From Octopus vulgaris (Eukaryota), in the NCBI GenBank assembly GCA_951406725.2, contig OX597816.1, positions 102,858,001-102,922,000 of the forward strand: a stretch of DNA of 64,000 nucleotides, read 5' to 3'. The stretch's first letter is position 1, and the number at the start of each line of letters is the position of its first letter. Below the pieces are notes generated by a model, which saw only the letters and a list, made by a program, of their open reading frames with translations, was not told where the DNA came from and searched no databases. Both the position numbers and the translations under genes were made by a program. This document shows, one piece after another, positions 38,840-53,320 of the stretch.

Positions 38840-40290
38840 GAGGTCAATATTTTTAAATCCCTTGATTTCTTCATTTAAAGGAGCTGCTTTTAAAATAGTA
38901 GAACCTATTGATATCACAGTTTTCGTGCGGGATCCATTAGACGTCAAGATTTTGAAGGTTTTTATATACATGGAATGTATTTCTTCAATAAATTGTCAGT
39001 CAACTATACCAAATGTTGCTATCGGTCTTGGTATTGCAAATGCATTGAGGGATGTTGTGTTGTAAGAGAAGAGCTGCCACTAATTTTTTAAAGTCTACTG
39101 TAATATTCTCTGGTTGCTGTCTTTGTACACACTGTGTGATATAATTTCATCAATGCCTTAGTGATTGAAGCATTCTTTGTGTGGAACTGGAACGATAGAG
39201 AGACCGTTGATGCAGAGATTCTGGATCCGAGAGACACATTTTCCCTGTTCAACAATCAAATATTTTCACTTCTTTTGGTCAAATTCCATTCTTATGTCAA
39301 CTAAAAATGTTATTACTTCTACCTGTTTTTAAAAAAATTTTAAAATATTTTTGGTATTGTGAATAGTTTTAGATCTTGAGGTCATCCACAAAGAAATTAT
39401 GGGGTACATTAATATCTTCAGCAGTTGCAGACCCTAGCATGTAGCCATTTGAATGGATTTAATGCCAAAATTACATAGTTACAGGTAGACTTGGAATATT
39501 GCCCTTGAAATATTTATAACATCAAAGACAATCATTCTACTCTCATCTGTAAGTGTGAAGGTTGTAACCCAAATCTTTATGAGCCTCTCAATGGCAGCAG
39601 CTAAGGTAGCAGTTACTTTTGCCAGATGCGGAGACTTCGGCAACAATGGAGAGGAGAGCCGAATGCGTTTCCATAATTAAGCCATGCTGTCACAAGATTT
39701 CTTCAGCACAGTTTCATTTATCAAAAGTTGTTTCCATCTGTTTCTTCATTAGTCACTATGTTGTTGGACTCAGAATGATCCAGGAAAAGTTGTCTGAGAC
39801 ATCGTATATAAAGCCTGTACATAATGTTTGGGCAAGCAAGGGACTTATAGCTGCCCGCCAACTCGATACTTTGATATAAGATTTGCTTGCGCTATAGCAA
39901 ACCAATTTTTTAAATGTAATTCTGGTGAATATACGTATTAATAAGTTTCTGTAGAAGGTCAGCCTCTTTTAGCAGTATCTCTTCCAGGTCTTTTACCATT
40001 ATGTAAATTGCCTACAGTTATAGTGAAAGTTTCAGGGTCGATTATGGATGTTTTAATGTCGATGCTGCTACACCATTCTTTCCCAGCTGTATCTATTCAC
40101 GACACATTCTCGTTGAAATTCTCCCTTTTGTTACAGAAATAAAACACGAATTATTCAAGATCTTGAGAGGAAACTCCCTTAACACTAATGTTTTTCTTCC
40201 TTTTTTGCCGGTATAATGCCTGTGGATTGGAAGCAGATTTGGGATTTATATTGGCTCACTTGAAAATTTTTCTATGATAACACCTTTTAC
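38840..40290 (-). mobile_element. Internally deleted R4-like retrotransposon (copy D)
   Basis: Nucleotide similarity to copy A (TCCACAAAGAAATTATGGG, GCAGACCCTAGCATGTAG, AGTCACTATGTTGTTGGACTCA) and FFVDDLK motif. Confidence 0.8.
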
Positions 40291-40329
40291 TCAGCGTCTT
40301 TAGTGTGAACAACATTAAAATAACTAACT

Positions 40330-43300
40330 TTTACTCAAGTACTTGATGTAGCTTAAAACTATTATAAACATATTAGTAATACGTATGAAAACAGAAAATC
40401 GTTGATTTACGGAGAGCTGTGTGGCAACACTTATTAAATGCAAACAAAGAAATAAACATCGGGCATCTGCAAAAGCGAATACTTGAATGAAAATTCATCA
40501 CCTTCAATTAGGAGTTAAAATCTCTCTGAGAAAATCCATCATCAAAAGAGAAGAGCTGGAAAAACAAATACATACCAAGAAAGTAGATGAAAAGATATGT
40601 TATCTTTTTAAACACAAAGCTTCCTTAGGAAGATACGGATTTACTTTGGAAAAAAATTGAATTGAGGAAAAGGAGTTTATTTAGGATGTAGTACATCTAG
40701 AAGAAAGCCCCGAAAGATGTATTGCTCTTGAATGCCACTAAAGGTATACAATATGGTCATACCCTTAAGACTGTCATAGAAAAACTTCAGGATTGGAAAA
40801 CACGAGAACACTTTATTGTTGGCTACTGGTAGAAAAATATTTACCAACAGGCTCTCGGTGAGCGTATAAATACATCAAATTACATTTTGTTGGCAGAAAT
40901 AGTATAATATAAAAATAAACATGTAGTGAAGCTCCAGTAACCAGATGTATGCCAGAATTTAATGCATAAAATGTTTGAACCTATCCCTTAGGATCACTAC
41001 AATAGTAACAATATCAGTACGACCGAACAAACGGATAGGAAGAAAGAAGTCTCATGATGCGCTGAGCAACTTCAAATCAACAAAATGGTCAAGACAAAGA
41101 TGCAACATCGTAGGAGGAACAAAGTTAAGATCTGGTTGGATGATAAGAAAGGATTCAATTCTTTTCTCTACTCTTCGTTTCTAGATACCCTTATACTTTC
41201 AAAGTTTCTGAGTCTATGATCAAAGCCATAGACAATTTGACTTCTTGGACAACCATCCTGCATTTAAATACAAGAAGGGGTTGTATTTCAGAAGTATATT
41301 ATAAGGAGAAAGTCTCGCTATGATACTGTTAATACTTTCAGCAAACCCCTTGAACTTTTTGTTGAAGAAATCTAAATAGTATGCAATTGGTTTACATGAA
41401 GGCAAAACATCGTCCTGAACAGTTTCTTTGTAGATGACGAAAAGTATTGGGTTGCCAAGAAAGTAATTTCGTTTTTTAGCGTGAAATAAAAGTCCTTTTG
41501 TTTTCATACAAAGAATGAACTTTAATCGATTATATATTTTCCATTTTGTTCGATAACCTTTTGCCATCTTTCTGACAACTTCTGCGCTCATAGGACCTCT
41601 GATACTTATCAGCCAAAAACTGAAGCAAGTGTGGTTTCAGGTCATCATCATTATTGAAAGTTTTACTATTCAAAGAATTTTGAAAACTTCGAAATAAATG
41701 GTAGTCTGACGGTGCAAGGTCAGGGCTATATGGTGAATGTGACAACACTTCCCAACCAAGCTCCAATAAATTTTCACGAGTTAGCAAAGACGTGTGTGGT
41801 ATAGCGTTGTCATGGTGGAACACGATTCCTTTACGATTTGCCAATTCTGGCCGTTTTTCTCTGATTGTTTCCTCCAGTTTCATTAGCTGTTGACATTAAA
41901 CATCTGAATTGATCGTTTGGTTCCTTGGAAGCAGCTCAAAATACACAGCCCCTTTGTAATCCCATCAAATTGACAGCATGACCTTTTTTGTGATGCAATT
42001 CAGCTTACGATGTGGTTTGTGCTGGTTCATTTCGCTTGGACCATGATCGTTTTCGATTGATGTTATTGGAGACAATCCATTTTTCATCACCAGTGATCAT
42101 TCATGTAAAAAACAAAGTTGATTTCATTGCGTTTGAGATGGATATCGCAAATATTGATTCGTTGTGTTAAGTGAATCTCTTCAATTTATGTGGAACCCAA
42201 ATATCGAGGTTTTTAACGAGTTCAAGATATTTTAAGCAATTTCCAATTGTTGTGTGTGATACATTTAACCTCTCTGCAATCTCCCGAACAGTTATGACAA
42301 TCAAATTCAATTATGGCTTTGATTCGGTCATCATCAACTTCAGTAGGTCGACCAGAACGTTGGTTATCTTTGAGTGAAAAACTACCAGAACAGAATTTTT
42401 AAAACCATTTCTGACATGTGCGTTCTGTTAAGCAATTAACACCGTAAACTTTACATATCTCTTTGTGAGCTTCAGCAGCTTTCTTGTCTTTATGGAAATA
42501 AAAAAAGCAAAATATGGCGAAAATGTTCGTTTTTGCACTTCATGTTAAAATTGACACTCAACTAACAGTTGTAAACAAAATTACGGGCAATTTGCTTCTC
42601 AAGTAAGCTAAAAGTAACGGCTATCAAATGTCAAAAGATAAAAACTCACAACATTGACAAATGTCATTAAAAGAAACCGTAACTCTATCTATTTGGGAAA
42701 AACGAAATTACTTTCTTGCCAACCTATATTCCAAGAGTATGAATAATATGAGGAGCCTTTACATGGTTAAGGTGTTCTCAAAAGATCTACGTATGACTCT
42801 CGGTCAGTATAAATATTCCTATCTTATTATAAAACTTGCCTATCAAGGAACATCTCAGTGGTTTGGCTTCTCCAGTATCTGAGATGCGGAATACTACTGA
42901 TATCTAGAGATGAATGAGTTCTATGATGGCACTTGTATTGAGAAATCTGCAACTAAATAATATTGTACCCAAAATACAGTTCTCAGAGATATATTCGCAT
43001 AGTAAATTAGTTCCTCAGAGTGTCAGTACTCACACCAACATTTGTGATACTCGATTGGATACTAAATGATATTCGATTAATTGATTTTAAAACAAGAAAA
43101 ACTACTAACAATAGATATGCTTACATCAATAGTGATATTGATTGGCTGCCTCCTCTTTGTAAAACAATATCGATGAGGTACAGATCTTAACAGTGATTCA
43201 TGTAGACTTTGAATGGGTCATCGAGCTTCTTGATGACCAAGGAAACGTCGAAGGAGAAGTTGCATACCACTATTATAATATGTCAAACGAAAGGCTTACC

Positions 43301-43975
43301 CTTGGTTAGCTGAGGTCATGCATTGCTATGTGGTCAGAAAACGTCAGAGAATCAGTAATATAGATAGCCAAAGTATTGTATTTTAGGGAAAGAACCGGTA
43401 TATTTGTTCTGAATTTTAGATTGAACTTTTGCCATCCAGGATAAGGAAATGACAACAAAATATCTTATGCATGTGGCCCTTGTCATGAGTTGCTGTCCGA
43501 AAATGTCTTCACAGTATTATGTACACATAAGGTATGGTGTAACGGTGAAAACACAATACAATAAAATATGTAGAAAGGTTAGTACAAAAGATCAAGACAA
43601 GACGTGCTAGACTAATGTATGAAGGCATACTCACCCATAATATGAAAGAATACAAGTAAAATGTTCTTAGTGAAGCTTCGGCAAAATGTTGGCATAGCGG
43701 ATAAGTTAAACAATCTGAGAGAGAGAAAAGAAAATGCAGAAGATATTACGATAATATTAAAATAAAAGAGCAAGTAAAAACATCTATCATGAATTAATAA
43801 TGAGAAATCTGTTGAAGTTACATCCAGAGAATATCTTCAGATTTGTAGTTGTTATTATTGGGGGCAATTGAACATGTAACTAAAAGTCTCAGTACCAATG
43901 TGGCAAAAGGGAACTTAGAAAATCTAAATGTGTGATTATGTAAAACGTTTCAGGGTTTAGCTTGTAGTAGCTTCA
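40330..43975 (+). mobile_element. Highly decayed R4-like retrotransposon (copy E) split by a mariner
   Basis: ILSANPL and FFVDD at about 41425-41440, continuing after 42728 with VFSKDLRMTLG and Y.YLE. Ends before (ACAT)n. Boundaries approximate. Confidence 0.6.
41447..42726 (-). mobile_element. Full-length (1280 bp) defective mariner, mellifera-subfamily-like
   Basis: ~29-30-bp TIRs TTGGGTTGCCAAGAAAGTAATTTCGTTTTT / AAAAACGAAATTACTTTCTTGCCAACCTA with TA TSDs. ATG at 42543 (MKCKNEHFRHILLF), WVPHK, ITGDEKW, FHHDNA, YSPDLAPSDYHLF. Frameshifts and stops. Confidence 0.95.
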
Positions 43976-44185
43976 TATCCACATATATAGACATACAAAC
44001 ATATGTATATGTACACATACATACATACATACATACATACATACATACATACATGCATACATAAATACATACATACATACATACATGCATACATATATAC
44101 ATACATACATACATACATACATACATACATACATACATACATACATACATACATACATACATACATACATACATACATACATACA

Positions 44186-44395
44186 TACGAGGGGTTATTG
44201 AAATGTTCTTGGCTTTAAGGGTATCGTGAAGGGCTTGGATGGATGCTCAACCTTCCGAGCTCTTCTTCGGATATGTAAGACCACTGCAATAAGTATGTAA
44301 ATCTAAGGGGGAAATACGTTGAATAAAATCATAATTAACTGATCTGCCTGTATTTTCTTTCACCCAAAGCCAGGAATTTTTCGGCACTCGCTCGT
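44186..44395. mobile_element. Mariner-type MITE
   Basis: TACGAGGGGTTATTGAAATGTTCTTGGCTTT ... AAAGCCAGGAATTTTTCGGCACTCGCTCGT inverted ends. Homologous to 16831-17028. Confidence 0.75.
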
Positions 44396-44519
44396 TCATA
44401 TATACATACATATACACACACAGATACCCAGACACAGACATACACTGACACAGACACAGACTGACAACACACACATGCATGCATACATACACATATGAAT
44501 ACATACATACTTACAGCCA

Positions 44520-44650
44520 TCAATTTTAAACACAACCGGTCAGATATCGTTAAGTGATGGATATGTGATGGATACTTTCTTTTACAACCATACTACCAAG
44601 TAGGTGGCCGACAAAATTTACCTTAAAATTAGAAAGAGGAAGAGAAGAAC
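44520..44650 (+). mobile_element. Very short R4-like 3'-end insertion (copy F)
   Basis: KHNRSDIV piece plus 3' UTR CTACCAAGTAGGTGGCCGA..AAAATTTAC...AGAGAAGA, matching copy B. Followed by (ACAT)n. Confidence 0.7.
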
Positions 44651-44790
44651 ATACATACATACATACATACATACATACATACATACATACATACATACAT
44701 ACATACATGCATACATGCATACATACATAACATACATACATACATACATACATACATACATACATACATACATACATACATACATACACA

Positions 44791-46658
44791 CAATCTTTCC
44801 TTAAAGGATCATCGTGTGACCAACAGCATTATAAGACCCGAGGAAGTTGGAGGAAAGAAAGAGCTGTGGGGCTGTATACAGCAACTACTAATTAACAAAA
44901 TGATCCAAGAAAAGACAGAAAAAAAGCAGGGTTTTAACGATAGTTTTGATAGTATACCATATAGATGGATTATCAAGGTTTTACAGTTAGTCAAAGTTCC
45001 ACAACCACTTGTGAGTGCTTTTGAATGCCTGTCTTAGAGCTGATGTACTACTTTGCTCCTCAGAAGTGATAAGGAGCAGAGTGAGTCGGATAGCATTCAC
45101 TGTCGAAAAGGCATCTTTCGGGGTGGTACTCTCTCGGTGTTACTCTTTGTCCTCTCATTAAATCCACTATCACACCTACTCACAAAACAGTGACCAGATA
45201 AATTAATCCACAAATATCTCCCATCTTTTTTTTTTGTCGAAGAGTTGAAACTGTGTGGGCCAAATGTCAGCCACATAAAAAAGAATTGGACCTTACAACT
45301 CAGTTATCTACAGACATTGGATGAAATTTAATGAGTCTAAATATGTATTTTTAACAATACAGCGCAGAAAAGTTGTGCCCTCCTCTGAAAACCTAAAAAT
45401 GAACGGCTTAACCATACATCCACTATAGTTAGGTGACAATTATAGGTATCTTTGACAAAATGAGAATGTCAGATATGATGGACCCATAAATAAGGAGAGA
45501 GGACCAGAAATGAATACCTTCGGAAAGTACAGAGAATATGGCCATCAGAACTCTCAGCTGACAACAAGCATATTACCCACAACATCTTTGCATTGCCTGT
45601 CCTCATGCCTACATTTGGCCTTCAGAACTTTTCACGACAAGAACTCAGTGAGATAGATGTTCGAACTCGCAAGCTGCTCAGTGTTACAAAAAAACTTCAA
45701 CATCAATGGAAATGTAGCCAGGTTTTAAATCTGTATTGATGTCACATGAAGCACGGATTGTAACACTGAAACATCTGCAACAGAGGAAAGAGACCAGTAA
45801 CTACCTTGCCCAAGTTTGTGTCCACGAAACCAACAACATAATTATGATAATGAATATGTGGAGAAGTATGAAATAAGGGCTCTCCCTAAGGACCATTGGT
45901 AAAATCTATTTACCAGAACATGAAGACATAGTCCCGTTCACTGGCACGTAAAACACAAACCATAAAATGGATTAATCATGGCAAAAACTTGGCATGGAAT
46001 ACCAACAGGTTTATGACATCCTACGTTGGAAACTACATCCATGCAATCAAAGAACGAGAAATCCCCATCAAGTACCTACAGCATGAAAGGCAGAAAATGT
46101 TGACATACAACAAATGTAGTCTGTGCAAGACCAAGGCTGAAGACATGAACCACATTATTGCCAGCTGTGAGAGAATGTCTTCCAGATATTATCTGACTAT
46201 TACGGTCTGGAACAGAATAACAAAAAAGAAAATACCTACAAACGACGTTGACCATATTTAGACCGACACGTCAAAAGAATATTGGTGGAAGTTCTAAATT
46301 AAAAGAGTCACCAAGTCGAAACACAAGCGGTCATATATCATTGTGTAGGATCACAAAGAAAGGATATGGTGTGGAAATCAGCAGCCCTCTGGACGCGAAC
46401 GTTGTTAGAAAAATACAAGAGAAAGATGTCATCTATGGACTATTATTAAGGAATTTGCAAATCTAGTAGTCAAGGTATCCTTTCAGCTTCATCCTTAATT
46501 CATATTCTACAAATAATCATATCTGGACCTATACAAATCTGCAAGACCTTAAGTTTTAAAGGATGATGGTTAAAACAAAATACGTTCCTTCACAGCTTTG
46601 CTATCAAGAAGGCGGCTGGTTAAAGTTTGCTCTGAATTTAGAAAGAAAAAGAGAACAT
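44791..46658 (+). mobile_element. 5'-truncated R4-like retrotransposon (copy G)
   Basis: GCIQQLLINKMI, FDSIPYRWI, GIFRGGTLS, YRYL, CSLCKTKAEDMNHIIASC and VEISSPLD motifs. (ACAT)n on both sides. Confidence 0.88.
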
Positions 46659-46674
46659 TACATACATACATACA

Positions 46675-47556
46675 TACTGTGAAAAGTATAACTCTGGATA
46701 AAAGGCAAAGTTCACAGAGAAGGGTTTCATGAAATTGGAACGTATTGTGACTAAAAAAAATAATGAATTACGGTAGCAAATTGACAGCAGGGCTAAATCA
46801 CACATTGCCAACCTTATGTCAACTAAAACCGTTCGTTTTGAGCTCCTTAAAGTTGGTTACTATGGAAGTACTGCAATTGTTAAACCTCCCCTGTCTCCCA
46901 TCAACATTGATACGCAGGAAAAAGGTGTCTTGAAGGTGTCAGTGGCTCAGTAGAAGAATATCATCTCTGATAAATCATCATTTGCCATTTTCCCCACTTT
47001 AGGGTGAGTTTATATCTGGATAAACCCCAAAGAAGCCATCAATTCCGATTCTTTGGCCCCTACCATGAATTATAGTGATGATTTAGGCGACCGTATCATG
47101 GGCTTTTCTTGGCCCTTAAGTTTTTCTATATGTTAGAGTTAGCACCAAAAATTATTTGCATATTTTGGCTGATCATGTCCATCCCATGGTAAAGCATTGT
47201 TCCTTGATGGTATCTCAATCTTCCAGGACAATATTGCTGTGATTCACACGGCTAGTTTTGTAGAGCACTTAGATTGGTCCCCATAATCACAGGATCTCCA
47301 TATAATCGAACAATTATGGTGCATTTTAGAGCTTCAGTTGAAAAATCACTTCCCTCCATCATTGTCGCCAAAAGAGCTAATGAGGTTTTACTCGAAAAAT
47401 AGCTCAAAATTCCTCAACAAGCTTTCAAAACCTGTATATATCAATTCCATGATGTATTACAGGCGTGACTGATGCCAAAGTGAACCAATCCTGTATTAAA
47501 TAATAAACCTTCCATTTAACAAGGTGTTCCCATTATTTTGTCCAGCCTCTGAATGT
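46675..47556 (+). mobile_element. Tc1-like DD34E transposon remnant with right TIR
   Basis: ISDKSSF, IFQDNIAVIHTA and WSP*SQDLHIIEQLW motifs. End GTGTTCCCATTATTTTGTCCAGCCTCTGAATGTA. Confidence 0.75.
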
Positions 47557-48331
47557 AGGTGTATATATGCACATACATACATGTACACATACATACATGT
47601 ATACATACATGCATACATACATAATACATACATACATACATACATACATACATACATACATACATACATACATACATACACGCACACATGCACGCACACA
47701 CACTAGCCATCACAACTTGTTATAATACCATACACAAAATAATACTAGAGAAATTGTAGGCAGTACTTTAGAATTCCACCAAAAATAAGTTTAAGTATGA
47801 AAGCTTAATAACAGTAAAATACAAATATTATCATTATTTCGCAAATGCACTACACGCTAATAAACCATTACATTAAATGGTGCTCATTTATACTTTTTTA
47901 TAATCTGGCGCGGAAGATTTTATGATTCATAATAGTATTCTCATGAATCATTGCGGCCTAGTGCAAAGTGTGTGAATAACCATCACTTCATTCTGATGAT
48001 GAGTTCTTGAAACGTCTATAGACCATTAGGTTTAGAAACATTATTGTTCCAAACTTAAATATAAAGTAAGCATTGAAAATATCTTAATCAAACAGTATAC
48101 TAAAATATGGCCATGTCTTTAATATAACAAAACCACAGACATAAACATGCATTTACACACACACACACACATACACACACACACACAAACAAACATGTAT
48201 AGGTATGTGAGTATGTGTATAGACATACATGTTTGCATATATATATACATAAATATATATACATATATATATATACATATATATATATACATATAAATAC
48301 ACATATATAAAGCATGTATGTATACACACAC

Positions 48332-48368
<37 letters not shown>

Positions 48369-48949
48369 TCTGTTCTTGTTTCAAAAGCACGAAATGGGAT
48401 CTGTTAGACCTGTTGGAACGAGCACCACAATATCTCTTCAGATATTCATATACATCTTTAAAAAACGGGAGGTCACTTTAGATGTTGCCGTTGCAGATAC
48501 ATTATGCCTGAAAAAAATATATAATTACGGCAAGAATTTTGTAATAGGTTTACTGGGATGGGTTAACTTGGGGGTGAAAACAACATCAACAACACTATAC
48601 TTTCAGCAGTGTTTCAGCAAAAATGTGTGTGTGTTAGTATTTGGTTGTATAGCTAAAGTGGATGTATATGTGTTTGTGTATCGAATAAATTAATGCAACA
48701 TAAACTTAGGAAACCAGAAACTAAAGAGAATTGTTACCTGAGGTGTGTTTAAATTCACACAGGTCAGCGATCATAGAAAAGTGTCTTCCTGTTTTCATCT
48801 TTTGGTGCTAAATAGTAACTCCTTTCTGAGAGATAAGACAAGTAAATAGAGAGAGTAAATGGCTAAGATAGACAGACAGATAGACAGATAGATATATAGA
48901 TAAATAGATAGACAGATAGATAGATAAAGAGATAGATAGGTTGCAGGCG

Positions 48950-50400
48950 AGAAAACATAGGAGGGGGAGAGAAGGAAGAGTTGGTGGACGTAAAAGAGGA
49001 GTGTAAGAAGGAGGATGGGGCATAGAAGGAGAAAAGAAGGAGAAAGAGGGAGGGATAGTGTAGAAAAAAGTCGCTATATGTCAGATGTTAGATGCCAGAA
49101 GAAAGGGAGTATCAAAGAATACAAAGAGTACAGAAAATCGAGAAGAGAGAAGAGAGGTCATAACAGACGAATTGAGAAGAGAGGAGACGAAGAAAATGAA
49201 AGAGGAGATAGAGATCACAGAAGTCAGAAAAGGGAATAAAGAGGAAGAAAAGCAGAAAAGACATAGAGGATAGGGAATAGAATAAATGAACAGATGGTGT
49301 AGTAGACATGATAGAGAAGACAGAGAAGAGAAAAGTTTTAAGATTTGAGAAGTCTTGAGAAAAGATGAGAAGAGAGTAGCTGGGCAACAGAAGTTAGATG
49401 ACAGAAAGTGACAGACAAATGAGAGGACAAAAGACAGGGCAGAAAATAGACGGGAAAGAATACGGGACACAGAAGATAGGTGGTGAAAAAGGCATACAGA
49501 AAAGACAGGACAAAATTTTGGGCACAAAATACAGTGGGCAGATGATTGGATATAGAATATAAAGTATACATGGGACAAGGAAGAGGAAAGATATAATATA
49601 GATTAGAGAAGAGGATGTGGTAGAGAGAGGATGAGAAGAAGAAAGAGCAAGGAGACTAGGGAAAAGAGATAAAACTATGATTGTATAGGGCAAGAATATT
49701 TCATGAATGGCAAAGTAGACATAAGACAAAGACAAGAATTAGAATGATGTGAACAGAGGAAAGGTAAAAGAGCAGTTGACTATAGAGGTAGAGTAACAGA
49801 GAAATTGTGGGTGGCAGACAACATTTAAGAGCAGAGATGAAAGAAAAGAGATGGAGTAACAAGAGGAGAACATGGAAAGAAGAGAGAAGTAGGTGAAGAA
49901 GACACAAGAAAAACATGTGCGAAAGAGAGCATAAGATGGAGAAAGAAGAAGGATGTTGGCAGGTCGGAAGAGAATCGAAGACAGAATAAGGTAGACACGA
50001 GAAACGAAGACAGCACAAAACTAGGGAGATGATAGATGAAAAGAGAATACTTATATTTTGAATAGAGAACTAATGACAGTGGAAGGTAGAGGACAATAAA
50101 GAGAAAAGAGAGAAGGTGAAAGATAAATGAAGGGAGAGGAGAAAAGAAAAAATAGACTAGAGACAGGGGTTAGAGAAAGAGCAGTGAAGAGAGAAGAGAG
50201 TATAACAGAAGACAGAAAAGGGAGGAAAAAATAGTGAAAGCAGAAGAAAAAAGAGATGGAAGACGACAGTAGGTAGCAGAGAGATGGGAGACAAGAATCG
50301 TATGAAGAGGGTATAAGAGAAGAGACAAAAATGAAAAAGAGTTAGAAACAGAAGAGGAAGTGAACAAAGAAAAGAAGATAAAAAGAGAGAAGGAAAAAAG
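48950..50400. repeat. Purine-rich (GA) low-complexity tract
   Basis: Strong A/G bias on the plus strand, giving E/K/R-rich and F/L/S-rich spurious ORFs. Confidence 0.9.
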
Positions 50401-50491
50401 ATAAATTATTTAAGATGCTACGAAAGGGAAGCGTCCTTGTCAACTAACTCCAGTTGATCTGACAGCATAGAGCGATTGCTGCCAGTTCAAC

Positions 50492-50532
50492 AAATACATC
50501 TTTAGTGCAAGGAGTGCATTAAAGATGTATTT
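50492..50532. repeat. 18-bp hairpin with 5-nt loop in a unique-sequence island
   Basis: AAATACATCTTTAGTGCA-aggag-TGCATTAAAGATGTATTT (one GU pair). Confidence 0.9.
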
Positions 50533-50556
50533 CCTCCTGACAACACACACTCTTTG

Positions 50557-50568
50557 CTGATTGGCTGA
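50557..50568 (-). promoter_or_regulatory. Consensus CCAAT (NF-Y) box
   Basis: CTGATTGGCTGA is TCAGCCAATCAG on the minus strand. Motif match only. Confidence 0.3.
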
Positions 50569-51556
50569 CATTCACTGCTGGTAGTCAGAGAAGTAGTAGT
50601 AGTGGTGGTGGTGGTGGTGGTGGTGGTGGTGGTGGTAGTAGTAATGGCGGTGAGTGGTAGCAGTAAAGGTGATGGTAGTGCTGATGAGGTTCCTTGTGAT
50701 GTGGTGGATGTGAAGGCTGTCGTGGTTCTTGTGGTATAGTGATGGTGGAGGAGGTGATGATAACGGTAGTGGTAGTTGTGGTAGTGGTAGTCATGGTAGT
50801 GGACTGATACTGTTAGTGTGTCTTATTTGTGGTAGCGGTTGTAGGCTGGCTGTGGTCGTGATGATACTGTTGATTGTGGTCATTTTCTACTCAACTGGTA
50901 GTGGTTGTAGAAGAGATTTCTCGGTAGCAGTAGTTGTGGTGGTGGTGGTGGTGGGGGTGGGAATTATAGTGTTGTTGTTGATATTGTTTAATCCAGGTTA
51001 GTACTGACTAAGTGGAGTAACGATCAAAGATCATTTCGGCCGTGGCCATCCCGGGCTTGTCACAAAAATAGGATGTCTTGGACTGCATAGCGTAATGTGT
51101 TCTTCATTTACATAGGTTTCATTTGAGGGGATATTTCTAGCACAACGAGCCACCGCGTAGAAGTTCCCTCGTTGAATCTTTGTTACTGTGGGTAGTGGTA
51201 AAGTTGGTGGCAATAATCTGAATGAAATATAAGGGTGTTGTAGGAGGAGAGACGTAACAGGAGGAAATATAACAGAATGGTAGAATGGTGTTGGTGGCGG
51301 TGATAGAAAGACTGGAAGAATAAGTGGAAGAAGAAAAGAAAAAAGAAGGAAAAGGGCGAAAGAGGTAAGGTAAAAGTAAAATATAGAATAGACTGAAAAA
51401 AATATGAAAGAAAATTTATAATGGATAGGAGGTGGTTAGATGAAAGAAAAATGGAAAAAGAAGCAAATGAAAAAAAAATCTTTAAATACAAGAAAGTTAC
51501 ATGTATGAATAAGTACATAGATGGAAAGGAAGATACTAGGTAGGTAGATAGGTAGG

Positions 51557-51649
<93 letters not shown>

Positions 51650-51775
51650 GACACACTAACAAATCATTTTATGAATATACATATATAGACTTACATACAT
51701 GTGTGTGTGTATGTGCATATATATATGCACATAAATACATACACACATAAATACATGTGTATCAATATCTATATA

Positions 51776-52072
51776 CTTGGGCAAGTATCTTTTACTATAG
51801 CCTCGGGCAGACCAAAACCTTGTTAGTGGATTTGGTAGACGGAAACTGAAAGAAGCCCGTCGTATATATGTATATATATATATATGTATATGTGTGTGTG
51901 TGTGTGTGTGAGTGTGTATGTTTGTGTGTCTGTGTTTGTCCCCCAACATCACTTGACAACCGATAGAATAGGTACCAAGCTTGCAAAGAATAAGTACTGG
52001 GGTCGATTTGCTCGACTAAAGGTGGTGCTCCAGCATGACCACAGTCAAATGACTGAAACAAGTAAAAGAGTA
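51776..52072 (+). mobile_element. 5'-truncated SINE with internal (TA)(TG)n
   Basis: CTTGGGCAAGT...GTGGATTTGGTAGACGGAAACTGAAAGAAGCCCGTCG...GACTGAAACAAGTAAAAGAG. Confidence 0.8.
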
Positions 52073-52121
52073 AGAGTAATATCTATATCTATACATATAC
52101 GTATATATATGTGTGAGTCTG

Positions 52122-52211
<90 letters not shown>

Positions 52212-52212
52212 T

Positions 52213-52335
<123 letters not shown>

Positions 52336-52702
52336 TATGTATATGCATCAAATTTAGCGAATGTGCCGAACTGTTAGCACCTCGGACAAAATGGTTAGTT
52401 GGCGCTCTAATTTCATTCTATTTATTATGCACTGCATTCAGATCCTGCTGAGATCAATATTGGCTTTTCATTCTTTTGGGGTCGGTAAAATAAAGTAACC
52501 GTCAAATACTTGGATCTTTGTAATACACTATTCTCCTTCTCGTAAAATTGCCGGCCTTTCACCAAAATTTGAGACATGTCTGAGTATCTCACTATAAAGA
52601 CAAAGTTACACCGAAAGATATTTATGTATCTATAATACACATAAGCATATTCACTCGACATAGTATATGGATGTTTTCATTTTTGGCCGTGAAACCGACC
52701 AC

Positions 52703-53320
<618 letters not shown>

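Noticed and set aside
43680-43700. GGCAAAATGTTGGCATAGC resembles mature miR-31
   Set aside because: It has a seed mismatch, no complementary arm was seen, and it lies inside a decayed retrotransposon.
47990-48025. CTGATGA...GAAAC hammerhead-like words
   Set aside because: Stem II cannot close with a viable loop, and stems I and III do not pair.
49015-50367. E/K/R-rich and hydrophobic ORFs
   Set aside because: They are by-products of the purine-biased low-complexity tract.
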